This document shows, piece by piece, positions 9,579 to 17,070 of a DNA stretch of 33,496 bases. The stretch is taken from NCBI GenBank assembly GCA_015522145.1, contig WAMV01000012.1, forward strand, positions 1 to 33,496, in the 5' to 3' direction. A program made the translations under genes and the position numbers. Under the pieces are notes generated by a model that had not been told where the DNA came from, ran no database searches, and saw nothing but the letters and a program-made list of their open reading frames with translations. Origin of the DNA: Candidatus Aenigmatarchaeota archaeon. GTDB taxonomy: Archaea; Aenigmatarchaeota; Aenigmatarchaeia; CG10238-14; WAMV01. Position 1 is the stretch's first letter. The number at the start of each line of letters is the position of its first letter.

Positions 9579-9998
9579 CTATGCTTTCCAACAAGCATCT
9601 CCTTGGCTGCAACTACCTGTTACTGCTACCTCACCCTGACATAACCCGTTAGCTATAACTTCTGTTTTGCCTGCTGCGCTCCAGCCGCTTGTAACCCTAG
9701 CTATATCACCTGCGGTGAGAGTTGTTTTGTCTGGGGTGTAGCTGGTCCCAGTGTTATCTAAAATAACCAAATTTGTGATTTGTTTGCTCGATGGGTTTCT
9801 AACTAAGATGGTTGTGTCTGTTACTCTAAAAACATCTAAATATACACCAGCACACTCTGTTTGAGAGGTTGTTGTATTCTCAACATTACCTGTTACTCCA
9901 CCGAAGAAGCCTGGGAGCCATGTTGATACAATTCCTGCAACTGCTACTGTGAATGCTATTAACAATACGGCAGAAATCATGGGGCTTATACCTTTCAT
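9579..9998 (-). CDS. archaeal type IV pilin-like protein (class III signal peptide), paralogue A
   Basis: MKG|ISPMISAVLLIAFTVAVAGIV is a short basic leader, then G, then a hydrophobic helix, typical of the archaeal Pilin_N/DUF1628 class. The C-terminal domain has 4 Cys. Confidence 0.8.
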   Translation of the reverse strand: MKGISPMISAVLLIAFTVAVAGIVSTWLPGFFGGVTGNVENTTTSQTECAGVYLDVFRVTDTTILVRNPSSKQITNLVILDNTGTSYTPDKTTLTAGDIARVTSGWSAAGKTEVIANGLCQGEVAVTGSCSQGDACWKA

Positions 9999-10030
9999 AA
10001 AAGTTTTTAAGGTTTTTGGGTATAAAAATA
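9888..10030 (-). repeat. direct repeat copy 1 (promoter + 5' coding module of pilin A)
   Basis: I see no mismatch to 10974..11116 over 143 nt. The inner 95 nt (9888..9982) are also identical to 10443..10537. Confidence 0.9.
10021..10030 (-). promoter_or_regulatory. TATA-like box for pilin A (probably a leaderless mRNA)
   Basis: Minus-strand TATTTTTATA ends 22 nt upstream of the ATG at 9998. There is no Shine-Dalgarno site between them. Confidence 0.4.
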
Positions 10031-10040
10031 AATACTTTTC

Positions 10041-10553
10041 TTAACCAACGACTTTTATAGGCTGGGGCTCACCAAATGATGGACCGCTCGAGGAAAATAC
10101 TGGGATTCTCCAACATTCTTCACCCAGAGAACATTCATCCCAAACAGAAATTCCATCTGAACACAATCCATAAAGGATTATATTTTTTATCTTCCCGAAT
10201 AATATGTCTTGAATCGGAATTGGTGTCAATATAGCTTTCATTTCTCCCGGAAGCAATGTTTCATTAAGAAAATATTCTTCGCCATTATCAGTAAGCAAAT
10301 TAACATTCTTTATTTCGACTAGCGAGGGATTATAAACGATTAAAGTTGTATTGTAGGTGTTATTTGAAACGCTTATAGAAACTTTTAAGATTTCTATATA
10401 AGCAGATAAACATCTTACGTCTGTAGCTTTTGCTCCAACATTACCTGTTACTCCACCGAAGAAGCCTGGGAGCCATGTTGATACAATTCCTGCAACTGCT
10501 ACTGTGAATGCTATTAACAATACGGCAGAAATCATGGAAATAAGAGCTTTCAT
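10041..10553 (-). CDS. archaeal type IV pilin-like protein, paralogue B
   Basis: MKA|LISMISAVLLIAFTVAVAGIV. Residues 7-37 are identical to A and C. It keeps the 4-Cys pattern and has an extra C-terminal tail, IPVFSSSGPSFGEPQPIKVVG. Confidence 0.8.
   Translation of the reverse strand: MKALISMISAVLLIAFTVAVAGIVSTWLPGFFGGVTGNVGAKATDVRCLSAYIEILKVSISVSNNTYNTTLIVYNPSLVEIKNVNLLTDNGEEYFLNETLLPGEMKAILTPIPIQDILFGKIKNIILYGLCSDGISVWDECSLGEECWRIPVFSSSGPSFGEPQPIKVVG
10443..10537 (-). repeat. direct repeat copy 2 (5' coding module of pilin B)
   Basis: The 95 nt are identical to 9888..9982 and 10974..11068. They encode MISAVLLIAFTVAVAGIVSTWLPGFFGGVTG. Confidence 0.9.
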
Positions 10554-10643
10554 ATAATTAATAATTAATTGAACTCCTGATATGATTTATTTATCTTTTA
10601 AGAAAAGTGGTTAAAAAAGAAAGAAAAGGAGAAAGCTGAAATC

Positions 10644-11084
10644 TTACAACTGCCAGCAAGGATCGTCTTGGGCACAACTTCCTGTTACAGATACGCTGTT
10701 CAAACAAAGACCACTAGCTAGTATTTCTTGTGTTCCAGAAATTTGTGTTGTGTTTTTATCGCTTACTACACTTATTAATTGACCTTGAGCTAGCGTTCCT
10801 ACAGAAGCCAAGGATACGCCAGTATCAGTCAAAACGTTTATGGATGTAATATCTTGGCTGGATGGATTTCTTAGAAATAAAACAACGCTGCTGTTACTAA
10901 GACTTGTTACTCTGAATATATCAATGTAAACACCTGCACATTTTGTTTGATTTTCTGTTCCTGCCTCTACTGAACCTGTTACTCCACCGAAGAAGCCTGG
11001 GAGCCATGTTGATACAATTCCTGCAACTGCTACTGTGAATGCTATTAACAATACGGCAGAAATCATGGGGCTTATACCTTTCAT
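10644..11084 (-). CDS. archaeal type IV pilin-like protein, paralogue C
   Basis: The first 37 residues are identical to A (MKGISPMISAVLL...GGVTG). It has the 4-Cys pattern CAGVY...GLC...GSC...CW. Confidence 0.8.
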   Translation of the reverse strand: MKGISPMISAVLLIAFTVAVAGIVSTWLPGFFGGVTGSVEAGTENQTKCAGVYIDIFRVTSLSNSSVVLFLRNPSSQDITSINVLTDTGVSLASVGTLAQGQLISVVSDKNTTQISGTQEILASGLCLNSVSVTGSCAQDDPCWQL

Positions 11085-11116
11085 AAAAGTTTTTAAGGTT
11101 TTTGGGTATAAAAATA
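10974..11116 (-). repeat. direct repeat copy 3 (promoter + 5' coding module of pilin C)
   Basis: The 143 nt are identical to 9888..10030, including the start codon and the upstream TATTTTTATACCC element. Confidence 0.9.
11107..11116 (-). promoter_or_regulatory. TATA-like box for pilin C, possibly shared bidirectionally with rpl31e
   Basis: The same TATTTTTATA lies 22 nt upstream of ATG 11084. On the plus strand the AT-rich tataaaaatataaa lies about 25-35 nt upstream of the rpl31e ATG at 11143. Confidence 0.4.
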
Positions 11117-11142
11117 TAAACTTTTGGACATTTTCTTAATTT

Positions 11143-11376
11143 ATGGCAGAAGAAAAAATAGTAACATTCAACTTACGCAAAATTGTGGTTAAAAAATCAA
11201 GATTCAAGAGAGCCAACTATGCAATAAGATATTTGAAGAACTATTTAGCTAAGCATTTTGCTCCAAACGTTAAAATAAGCCAAAGATTGGCTAACCAGAT
11301 ATTCAAGAATCCAATGAAAAAAGTAAGAGTCAAAATTAAAAAAGAAGAGAATAGAGTGGAAGTGGATCTTCAATGA
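11143..11376 (+). CDS. rpl31e: ribosomal protein L31e
   Basis: 77 aa: IVTFNLRKIVVKKSRFKRANYAIRYLKNYLAKHF is L31e-like. It is followed by eif6, as in the conserved L39e-L31e-aIF6 cluster. Confidence 0.8.
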   Translation: MAEEKIVTFNLRKIVVKKSRFKRANYAIRYLKNYLAKHFAPNVKISQRLANQIFKNPMKKVRVKIKKEENRVEVDLQ

Positions 11377-12047
11377 TAGATTATGCTAGTTTTTTGGGTG
11401 ATGTTAACATAGGTTATTATAGTGTAGTTAATAATGAACTTGGAATAGTGGGAGAAGATTTAGAAGCCAAAAACATTAACAAAATAAAAAAAGTTTTGAA
11501 AATCGAAAAAATTTACAAGCTAACTATAGCTCAAACAAACTTAATAGGCTTATTTTGTGTTATAAATGCTAACGGTATTATAGTTCCTGAAATTGTTGAA
11601 GAAGAGGAGCTTAGCAAATTGGATAAAATAGCCAATAAACATGGTATGAATTTAGGGATAATTAAAACTAAACATACAGCCTTAGGAAATTTGATAGTTT
11701 GTAACGATAAAGGCGCTCTAGTTAGCAAATTACTAAAAAGAAGCCAAATAAACAAAATATCAAAAATTTTAGATGTCAAATCTTACACTTCTACTATAGC
11801 CTCCTTGCCTATAGTTGGTTCGTGTGCAGTAGCTAATAACAAAGGTGTTGTGTTGCACAGAGATGTTAAAGAAAAGGAAGCTAAAAAAGCAGAGAAGGTT
11901 TTGCAAGTAGAAGCAGACGTAGCAAGCGTTAATTTTGGTAGCCCTTATGTTAAATCCGGTATAATATGCAATGATTACGGTGCTTTAGTAGGAGAAAAAA
12001 CTACAGGGCCAGAATTAGCAAGAATCTCAGAAATTCTTCAGGTCTAA
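11373..12047 (+). CDS. eif6: translation initiation factor 6 (aIF6)
   Basis: 224 aa with pentein-like internal repeats (NLIGLFCVINANGIIVP, ALGNLIVCNDKGALVS, VGSCAVANNKGVVLH, VKSGIICNDYGALVG). Confidence 0.88.
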   Translation: MIDYASFLGDVNIGYYSVVNNELGIVGEDLEAKNINKIKKVLKIEKIYKLTIAQTNLIGLFCVINANGIIVPEIVEEEELSKLDKIANKHGMNLGIIKTKHTALGNLIVCNDKGALVSKLLKRSQINKISKILDVKSYTSTIASLPIVGSCAVANNKGVVLHRDVKEKEAKKAEKVLQVEADVASVNFGSPYVKSGIICNDYGALVGEKTTGPELARISEILQV

Positions 12048-12247
12048 AATATCTTCTTGGCTTTGTAAATTTCTGCTTTGCCATTATTCTGTCTTATTAG
12101 TAAAGCTACCTCACTTAAAACTTTTAGCTTATTGCTAGCCCAAACAGAATGTTGAATAAGCTTTGCTTTATTTTTCTTAAGTATTCTGTTTACCTTAACC
12201 CTTAGATATCTTTTTTCCCTAGGCAAATCAAAAACCAAAATGTACAT
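12044..12247 (-). CDS. Cas2-fold / PaaX-C-like small protein
   Basis: 67 aa: MYILVFDLPREKRYLRVKVNRILKKNKAKLIQHSVWAS...AEIYKAK. This matches the beta1(MYIxVxD)-alpha1-beta2(xQxSVW) pattern of Cas2 and the PaaX C-terminal domain. It starts 3 nt after the rps27ae stop. Confidence 0.5.
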   Translation of the reverse strand: MYILVFDLPREKRYLRVKVNRILKKNKAKLIQHSVWASNKLKVLSEVALLIRQNNGKAEIYKAKKIF

Positions 12248-12250
12248 TCT

Positions 12251-12496
12251 CTAGGCCTTCTCAACTATTATGAATTCTGTATATTTGCATTTTCCACAGT
12301 AATATCTGTCTTTGTGTTTAGCCATGAAGGTTGCGTTGCTACATCTGGGACATACTTTTGTCTTGTAAACCACTTTCCCTTCCTTAATTTCTATAATGCT
12401 ACTGATTCTGTTGGGTTTGTGCTTCACTTTCTTCACCTTTTGTTTCTTTTTCTTTAATTGGTTTTTCATATATGTAAGCTTTGATTTTTGATTCAT
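12251..12496 (-). CDS. rps27ae: ribosomal protein S27ae (eS31)
   Basis: [40 protein letters not shown] is the S27ae zinc ribbon. The start is uncertain: ATG 12496, ATG 12469, or GTG 12436/12427. All of these overlap the S24e tail. Confidence 0.85.
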   Translation of the reverse strand: MNQKSKLTYMKNQLKKKKQKVKKVKHKPNRISSIIEIKEGKVVYKTKVCPRCSNATFMAKHKDRYYCGKCKYTEFIIVEKA

Positions 12497-12683
12497 TGCG
12501 CGCAGCTTTTGTTCTTATGTAATCAATGTCTATATGTGTTATATCAACGTTAAATTGTTGGGCTATTAACTCTTCCACTTGCTTTCTTGACGGAGTTGGT
12601 TGACCATCATGCTTTATTTCTAACAACAATATCTTACGATTGAAAAACACGTCGTTCTTCTCTTCTAACAATTTCATGTCCAT
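12399..12683 (-). CDS. rps24e: ribosomal protein S24e
   Basis: [44 protein letters not shown] is S24e. The start is trimmed to ATG 12683, just after the spt4 stop at 12688. Confidence 0.85.
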   Translation of the reverse strand: MDMKLLEEKNDVFFNRKILLLEIKHDGQPTPSRKQVEELIAQQFNVDITHIDIDYIRTKAARNESKIKAYIYEKPIKEKETKGEESEAQTQQNQ

Positions 12684-12687
12684 ATTT

Positions 12688-12876
12688 TCACCCCACATAT
12701 AATGCATATTTTCCTTTTTCTTCAATTTTTAAAGCTTTAGCTATCTCACTTTCGGGGTTTAATATAATAACTAAGCCCTTCCAGGTTGTTGATAAATCAC
12801 CCGAACCACAGTGTGGGCATTTCTTCTCATAAGTGAATCTCTTACAATTTCTACAAACCATTAGCCTCTTAGTCAT
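12688..12876 (-). CDS. spt4: transcription elongation factor Spt4 (RpoE'')
   Basis: 62 aa with a zinc ribbon CRNC-x11-CPHC, followed by WKGLVIILNPESEIAK. Confidence 0.85.
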   Translation of the reverse strand: MTKRLMVCRNCKRFTYEKKCPHCGSGDLSTTWKGLVIILNPESEIAKALKIEEKGKYALYVG

Positions 12877-13418
12877 GCTTTCTTCCTCTTTTTCTCTTCT
12901 TCTAACCAGCTTAAACTTCCTAAACCAGGTTGTCTCATTGTTAAGCCTATTTTATTTTGTTCTTTCCATGAAATTGAAATTACCCTGGCTCTAACTTTAT
13001 CACCAACCTTTAATATCTTCTTGCTTTGCTTTCCGGAAAAAACATTGTTTTTACTATCAAAACTAACAAAATCGTTCATCATTTGGGAAATGTGAACCAA
13101 ACCGTCCAAAGGCCCTATCCTTACAAAAGCTCCAAATTCCATAGCATCTACTACTTCACCTTCAATAACTTCATGCAACTCAGGCTTAAAAGTCAGAATC
13201 TTAAACCTCGCATTATAATAAATATTACCTTCACCCGGCATTATCTTTCCTTCTCCTATTTCCTCCACCTCAGTCACAGCAAGAATTACACCAAAGTTTG
13301 GATCTATCTTTCCTTCTAATTCATCAACTAAGCTAGCATAAACAGTTTTCTTTAAATCTTTAGTAAATTTGCTAGGTGGTACTTTAACAACGCCTTCTAC
13401 TGTCATTATATGGTACAT
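12873..13418 (-). CDS. rpoE: RNA polymerase subunit E' (Rpo7), S1 domain
   Basis: VKVPPSKF...FKPELHEVIEGEVVDAMEFGAFVRIGPLDGLVHISQ matches the Rpo7 N-terminal domain plus an S1 fold. Confidence 0.88.
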   Translation of the reverse strand: MYHIMTVEGVVKVPPSKFTKDLKKTVYASLVDELEGKIDPNFGVILAVTEVEEIGEGKIMPGEGNIYYNARFKILTFKPELHEVIEGEVVDAMEFGAFVRIGPLDGLVHISQMMNDFVSFDSKNNVFSGKQSKKILKVGDKVRARVISISWKEQNKIGLTMRQPGLGSLSWLEEEKKRKKA

Positions 13419-13793
13419 TCACTCCACCTCTATCTTCTTTTTGGCGCGAAGATAAATTGTTTTTATACCTTTTTCTTTTAATTTTTTTCTCAAAGCCAAA
13501 TCGTTAGTTGCCACATAATAATTGTTTTTAATTTTTAAAATAGCTTTATCAAAATCTTTTTCTCCAGTTTTAATTGTTCGAAAGTCCTCATTACGAATCA
13601 GCTGTAACGCTACTCTTGCCAACATACCTTTTTTAGAGGATTTTCTAGCAATTGTGTTCAATTCGTTTAAAGTACTATCCAAAACTAGCTTTTCAAACTT
13701 GCCCAAGCGCTCGTAAAGCAAAGATATATCTACTTTGTACCTAAGCATATCCAATAAAAAGCTTGTATCAAATATCACCCTAGCGTTCTTCAT
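13419..13793 (-). CDS. PIN-domain protein (Fcf1/Utp24-like, COG1412 class)
   Basis: MKNARVIFDTSFLLDM...VATNDLALRKKLKEKGIKTIYLR, in the conserved position between rpoE' and eif2g. The start is trimmed from 13850 to ATG 13793, because the track N-terminus overlaps the divergent pilin-like gene. Confidence 0.7.
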   Translation of the reverse strand: MKNARVIFDTSFLLDMLRYKVDISLLYERLGKFEKLVLDSTLNELNTIARKSSKKGMLARVALQLIRNEDFRTIKTGEKDFDKAILKIKNNYYVATNDLALRKKLKEKGIKTIYLRAKKKIEVE

Positions 13794-13827
13794 ATTTATT
13801 AATAAGGCAAAAACAAAAATTATATTC

Positions 13828-14193
13828 ATGAAAGCTGTTAGCACAGTCATAGCTACGCTTTTAATGTTAATAATAACAATTGCGCTTGCGGGTGTTGCTT
13901 ATACTTACATAAGCGGTGTTTTTACAGCAAGAACAGCAGTTGCTCTAAGCATAGAAGACGCTTTTTGCGATCCAAACTTAAATAAAATATACGTTGTTGT
14001 GAGAAACGATGGCACAACTGATGCTACAAACGTTAATGTGACTGTGGCTGGAGTGGGTAGCTTAACCAACTATATAACTGTTCCATCCGGACAGGTTGTA
14101 ACAGCAGAAATAAATGGTTACGCTTCTGGAGCCCATACTGTAATAGTAACATCACCAAACTCTGTTGCTAGAGGTACTGTAATTTGTCAATAA
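13828..14193 (+). CDS. archaeal type IV pilin-like protein, paralogue D (distant)
   Basis: MKA|VSTVIATLLMLIITIALAGVAYTYISGVF is a class III signal peptide followed by a beta-rich domain (IYVVVRNDGTTDATNVNVTV). ATG 13828 is chosen rather than the track start at 13735. Confidence 0.7.
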   Translation: MKAVSTVIATLLMLIITIALAGVAYTYISGVFTARTAVALSIEDAFCDPNLNKIYVVVRNDGTTDATNVNVTVAGVGSLTNYITVPSGQVVTAEINGYASGAHTVIVTSPNSVARGTVICQ

Positions 14194-15410
14194 ACTACCC
14201 CATAGCCTATTAAGCGCCACCTACCATTAATGTTACGGGAAATGGCTATTCTTTCTTTTTCTTTAATCGCTATAGGTAAGGCTAATTTAGCCTCTACAAT
14301 ATCACCAAGCTTGGTCACAATTGCAACTGTTCTTGCAGTACCGGCGTTTATCAAAAGTTTTTCTCCTTGTTTTATGGGTTCAACATTTCTGAAATCTTCC
14401 AACCCAACAACCCTTTCCAACAAATGAATTTCAAAACTAAGCTCATACCTTATTTCTGGAAGCTTGCCTGGTCTGCCTACAACATTACCAACAAGAGCAT
14501 CTGCTCTTGTCAGGCTTGGGTCCAGCTTTGTCATAACACCTAAAAGACCTCCCGGCCCAGCTTCTTCTAAGTCAATACCTTTCTTTTGTAAACCAACAAT
14601 TTCTGTTGTTAATGGTTTTGCTTTTCCATTTTCTATTATGCCAGGTCTTATCTCAATTTCATCTCCTATCTTAAATTTTCCCTGCAACAAAGAGCCACCT
14701 AGAACACCACCTTTAAGCTCTCCCGGCCTAGTTCCTGGTTTATTAACATCAAAACTTCTAGCAATCAACATCAGCGGATCCAAATTTGGATCTCTTTTAG
14801 GGGTAGGTATGTATTTTTCTATTGCTTCCAAAACATACTCTATGTTTACTCTATGGGCAGCAGAAATAGGTATTATTGGGGCATCAGCATAAGGTGTATT
14901 AGCTAAAAATTCTTTAATCTCCTCATAACTTTGCAATACTCTTTCTTTACTTACCTTATCTATTTTGTTTTGAACAACAACCAAATTTTTTATTCCTATT
15001 GTTTGTAAAGCTACAACATGTTCCCTTGCCTGAGGTTGAGGACATTTTTTATCAGCGGCTATAACAAGTATGGCTCCGTCCATAAGTCTTGCTCCTGTAA
15101 GCACGGTAGCCATTAAAGCTTCGTGGCCAGGCGCATCAACAAAGCTTATGGTTCTTTGAATTTCTGTATCGCTAAAACAGAATGGACATTTCTTGCTAGT
15201 GCTATACTTACCACACTTTGGGCATTTGTAAATGGTTGCATCAGCATAGCCCAGCCTTATTGTAATTCCTCTTTTTAGTTCTTCACTATGTTTAAGGGTT
15301 AGCTTGCCTGTTATAGCATGAACTAAAGTAGATTTGCCATGAGCTACATGACCAACAACACCTATGTTAACTTCTGGTAATTCTTTTGGATTAACGCTTG
15401 GCATAATCAT
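14187..15410 (-). CDS. eif2g: translation initiation factor 2 gamma subunit
   Basis: GVVGHVAHGKST G1 motif, zinc knuckle CPKCGKYSTSKKCPFC, DAPGHE, NKID. Confidence 0.93.
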   Translation of the reverse strand: MIMPSVNPKELPEVNIGVVGHVAHGKSTLVHAITGKLTLKHSEELKRGITIRLGYADATIYKCPKCGKYSTSKKCPFCFSDTEIQRTISFVDAPGHEALMATVLTGARLMDGAILVIAADKKCPQPQAREHVVALQTIGIKNLVVVQNKIDKVSKERVLQSYEEIKEFLANTPYADAPIIPISAAHRVNIEYVLEAIEKYIPTPKRDPNLDPLMLIARSFDVNKPGTRPGELKGGVLGGSLLQGKFKIGDEIEIRPGIIENGKAKPLTTEIVGLQKKGIDLEEAGPGGLLGVMTKLDPSLTRADALVGNVVGRPGKLPEIRYELSFEIHLLERVVGLEDFRNVEPIKQGEKLLINAGTARTVAIVTKLGDIVEAKLALPIAIKEKERIAISRNINGRWRLIGYGVVY

Positions 15411-15437
15411 GATTATGATTTAGCTAAACTTAAAAAC

Positions 15438-15848
15438 TTAGCCTTCTTGCTTTTCTTCTTTCTTACTCAAAATTTCTTCTATTGGTTTAGTACCTTTTTT
15501 AACAATTTTACAGTTTATTTGTCTTATATCTTCTGCTATTGTGTTGCCCCTCACTGTTTTTCTCCTTCTTTCACCTTTTTTTCTAGGATGAAAACCTGGT
15601 GGTTTCGAAAGCAACAGTTTTTTCCTTACTGTTCCTTCTAGCGAGGGGTGCATAGAGAAGCCATCTTGGTCTGTGCCGCCAGTTATTTTAAGAACATAAC
15701 CTTCCAAACCCAAAAAGCTTGCATCAAACTCATCTCCAATTTTTTTGCCTATAATACTAGCTGCCTTAGTTTTTTCTATTTCAACTTGATAGCTTTTTCT
15801 AGTCTCTGGATCGTTTATGACAAATATGAAGGTTGTTGGTGCTGCCAT
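15438..15848 (-). CDS. rps6e: ribosomal protein S6e
   Basis: FIFVINDPETRKSYQVE...LKITGGTDQDGFSMHPSL...RRRKTVRGN is S6e. Confidence 0.9.
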   Translation of the reverse strand: MAAPTTFIFVINDPETRKSYQVEIEKTKAASIIGKKIGDEFDASFLGLEGYVLKITGGTDQDGFSMHPSLEGTVRKKLLLSKPPGFHPRKKGERRRKTVRGNTIAEDIRQINCKIVKKGTKPIEEILSKKEEKQEG

Positions 15849-15897
15849 AAAGTTATTATTTCAACCTTAAATTATAAATCTTTACCAAACATTTTTT

Positions 15898-17037
15898 ATG
15901 GAAAAATTTGTTGTGACTCCTTGGGAAGTTAAAGGAAAAATAGATTATGACAAGCTTATTAAGAAATTCGGCACTCAAAAAATTGATAAGAAATTGAAAA
16001 ACAGGATTCAAAAACACACAAAAGAATTGCATGTAATGCTAAGGAGGGATGTTTATTATTCGCATAGAGATTTGGATAAAGTTTTAGATGATTATGAAAA
16101 GGGCAAAGGATTTTTCTTGTACACAGGGCGTGGCCCTTCAGGCAAAATGCATATTGGCCATCTTTTGCCTTTTGTTTTTACCAAATGGCTTCAGCAAAAA
16201 TTCAAAGTTAACGTTTACATAGAAATAACTGACGATGAAAAATTTTTGGTTAAGGAAAATGTTAAATGGGAAGAAATAAAGAAGTTTGCTGAAGAAAACA
16301 TATTGGATATAGCAGCTGTTGGTTTTGATAGAAAACGAACTTTTATTTTCAAAGATAGTGAGTACATCAAAAACATATACCCTTTGGTTGTTAAAATTGC
16401 AAAGAAAATAAATTTCTCAACAGTAAAAGCAGTGTTTGGTTTTAAGAATCAAACAAACATTGGCATGATTTTCTTTCCTGCTTTGCAAATAGTACCTACT
16501 ATGTTTGAAAAAAAGAGAGCCTTGATCCCTGCAGCCATAGACCAAGATCCTTATTGGCGTGTCCAAAGAGACATAGCTGAGAAATTTAGTTATGAGAAGG
16601 CTGCATGCATTCATAGCAAAATGCTTCCAGCGCTAACTGGTTTAGATGAAAAAATGAGTTCTAGCAAACCACATACAGCAATATTCCTGGATGAGGATGA
16701 GAAGAGCATAAGGAAGAAAATATACAAATATGCTTTTTCTGGTGGCCAAGCAACTGTTGAGCTGCATAGAAAGCTTGGGGGCAATCCTGAAATAGATGTC
16801 AGTTTTCAATGGCTAAAGTTTTTTTTTGAACCTGATGATAAAAAGCTAAAAAAGATTGAGGAAGATTACAAAACAGGTAAGCTACTAACAGGAGAGCTTA
16901 AAGAAATTTTGATAGAAAAAGTTAGCAAATTTTTGCAAAAGTTTCAGGAAAATAGGGAAAAAGCTAAGAATTATGTTGATGATTACCTTTACCATGGTAA
17001 GCTAGCTAGAAAAATGTGGAATACTGTTTACGAATAA
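15898..17037 (+). CDS. trpS: tryptophanyl-tRNA synthetase
   Basis: VTPWEVKGKIDYDKLIKKFG, HIGH motif (GKMHIGHLL), KMSKS variant (KMSSSKP). Confidence 0.9.
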   Translation: MEKFVVTPWEVKGKIDYDKLIKKFGTQKIDKKLKNRIQKHTKELHVMLRRDVYYSHRDLDKVLDDYEKGKGFFLYTGRGPSGKMHIGHLLPFVFTKWLQQKFKVNVYIEITDDEKFLVKENVKWEEIKKFAEENILDIAAVGFDRKRTFIFKDSEYIKNIYPLVVKIAKKINFSTVKAVFGFKNQTNIGMIFFPALQIVPTMFEKKRALIPAAIDQDPYWRVQRDIAEKFSYEKAACIHSKMLPALTGLDEKMSSSKPHTAIFLDEDEKSIRKKIYKYAFSGGQATVELHRKLGGNPEIDVSFQWLKFFFEPDDKKLKKIEEDYKTGKLLTGELKEILIEKVSKFLQKFQENREKAKNYVDDYLYHGKLARKMWNTVYE

Positions 17038-17070
17038 AATTTAAAGTTTGTAAAGAGAAATTTTAACTTA

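Noticed and set aside
10554-10643. Possible C/D-box sRNA in the pilin B/C intergenic region (it contains ctga and tgatatga)
   Set aside because: There is no proper RUGAUGA C box and no terminal stem. The region is better explained as the pilin B promoter plus the pilin C terminator.
9888-11116. The identical repeats as IS or transposon termini, or as a CRISPR-like array
   Set aside because: They are direct, in-frame 5' coding modules (plus promoter) of three paralogous genes. The spacing is irregular (about 0.5 kb), and there is no transposase and no inverted termini.
12044-12247. Taking the Cas2-like ORF as evidence of a CRISPR-Cas locus
   Set aside because: No repeat-spacer array, cas1 or effector genes lie within the 33 kb. 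It is treated only as an orphan Cas2-fold protein.
12399-12496. An apparent 98-nt out-of-frame overlap between rps24e and rps27ae as a special feature
   Set aside because: The rps27ae start is probably over-extended. In-frame ATG 12469 or GTG 12436/12427 would reduce the overlap to 29-71 nt. The acidic S24e tail is normal.
13735-13850. Long track starts for pilin D (13735) and the PIN protein (13850), which overlap each other
   Set aside because: Both extensions encode low-complexity AT-rich translations. The internal ATGs at 13828 and 13793 give canonical N-termini (a class III signal peptide, and the PIN VIFDTS motif).
14464-14892. Antisense or shadow ORFs inside long genes (for example 14464..14892, 195..503, 1169..1456, 17028..17420, 24206..24538, 33093..33467)
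   Set aside because: Each lies entirely inside a well-supported gene on the opposite strand. Their translations are low-complexity and Ser/Phe/Leu/Ile-rich, as is typical of AT-rich DNA.
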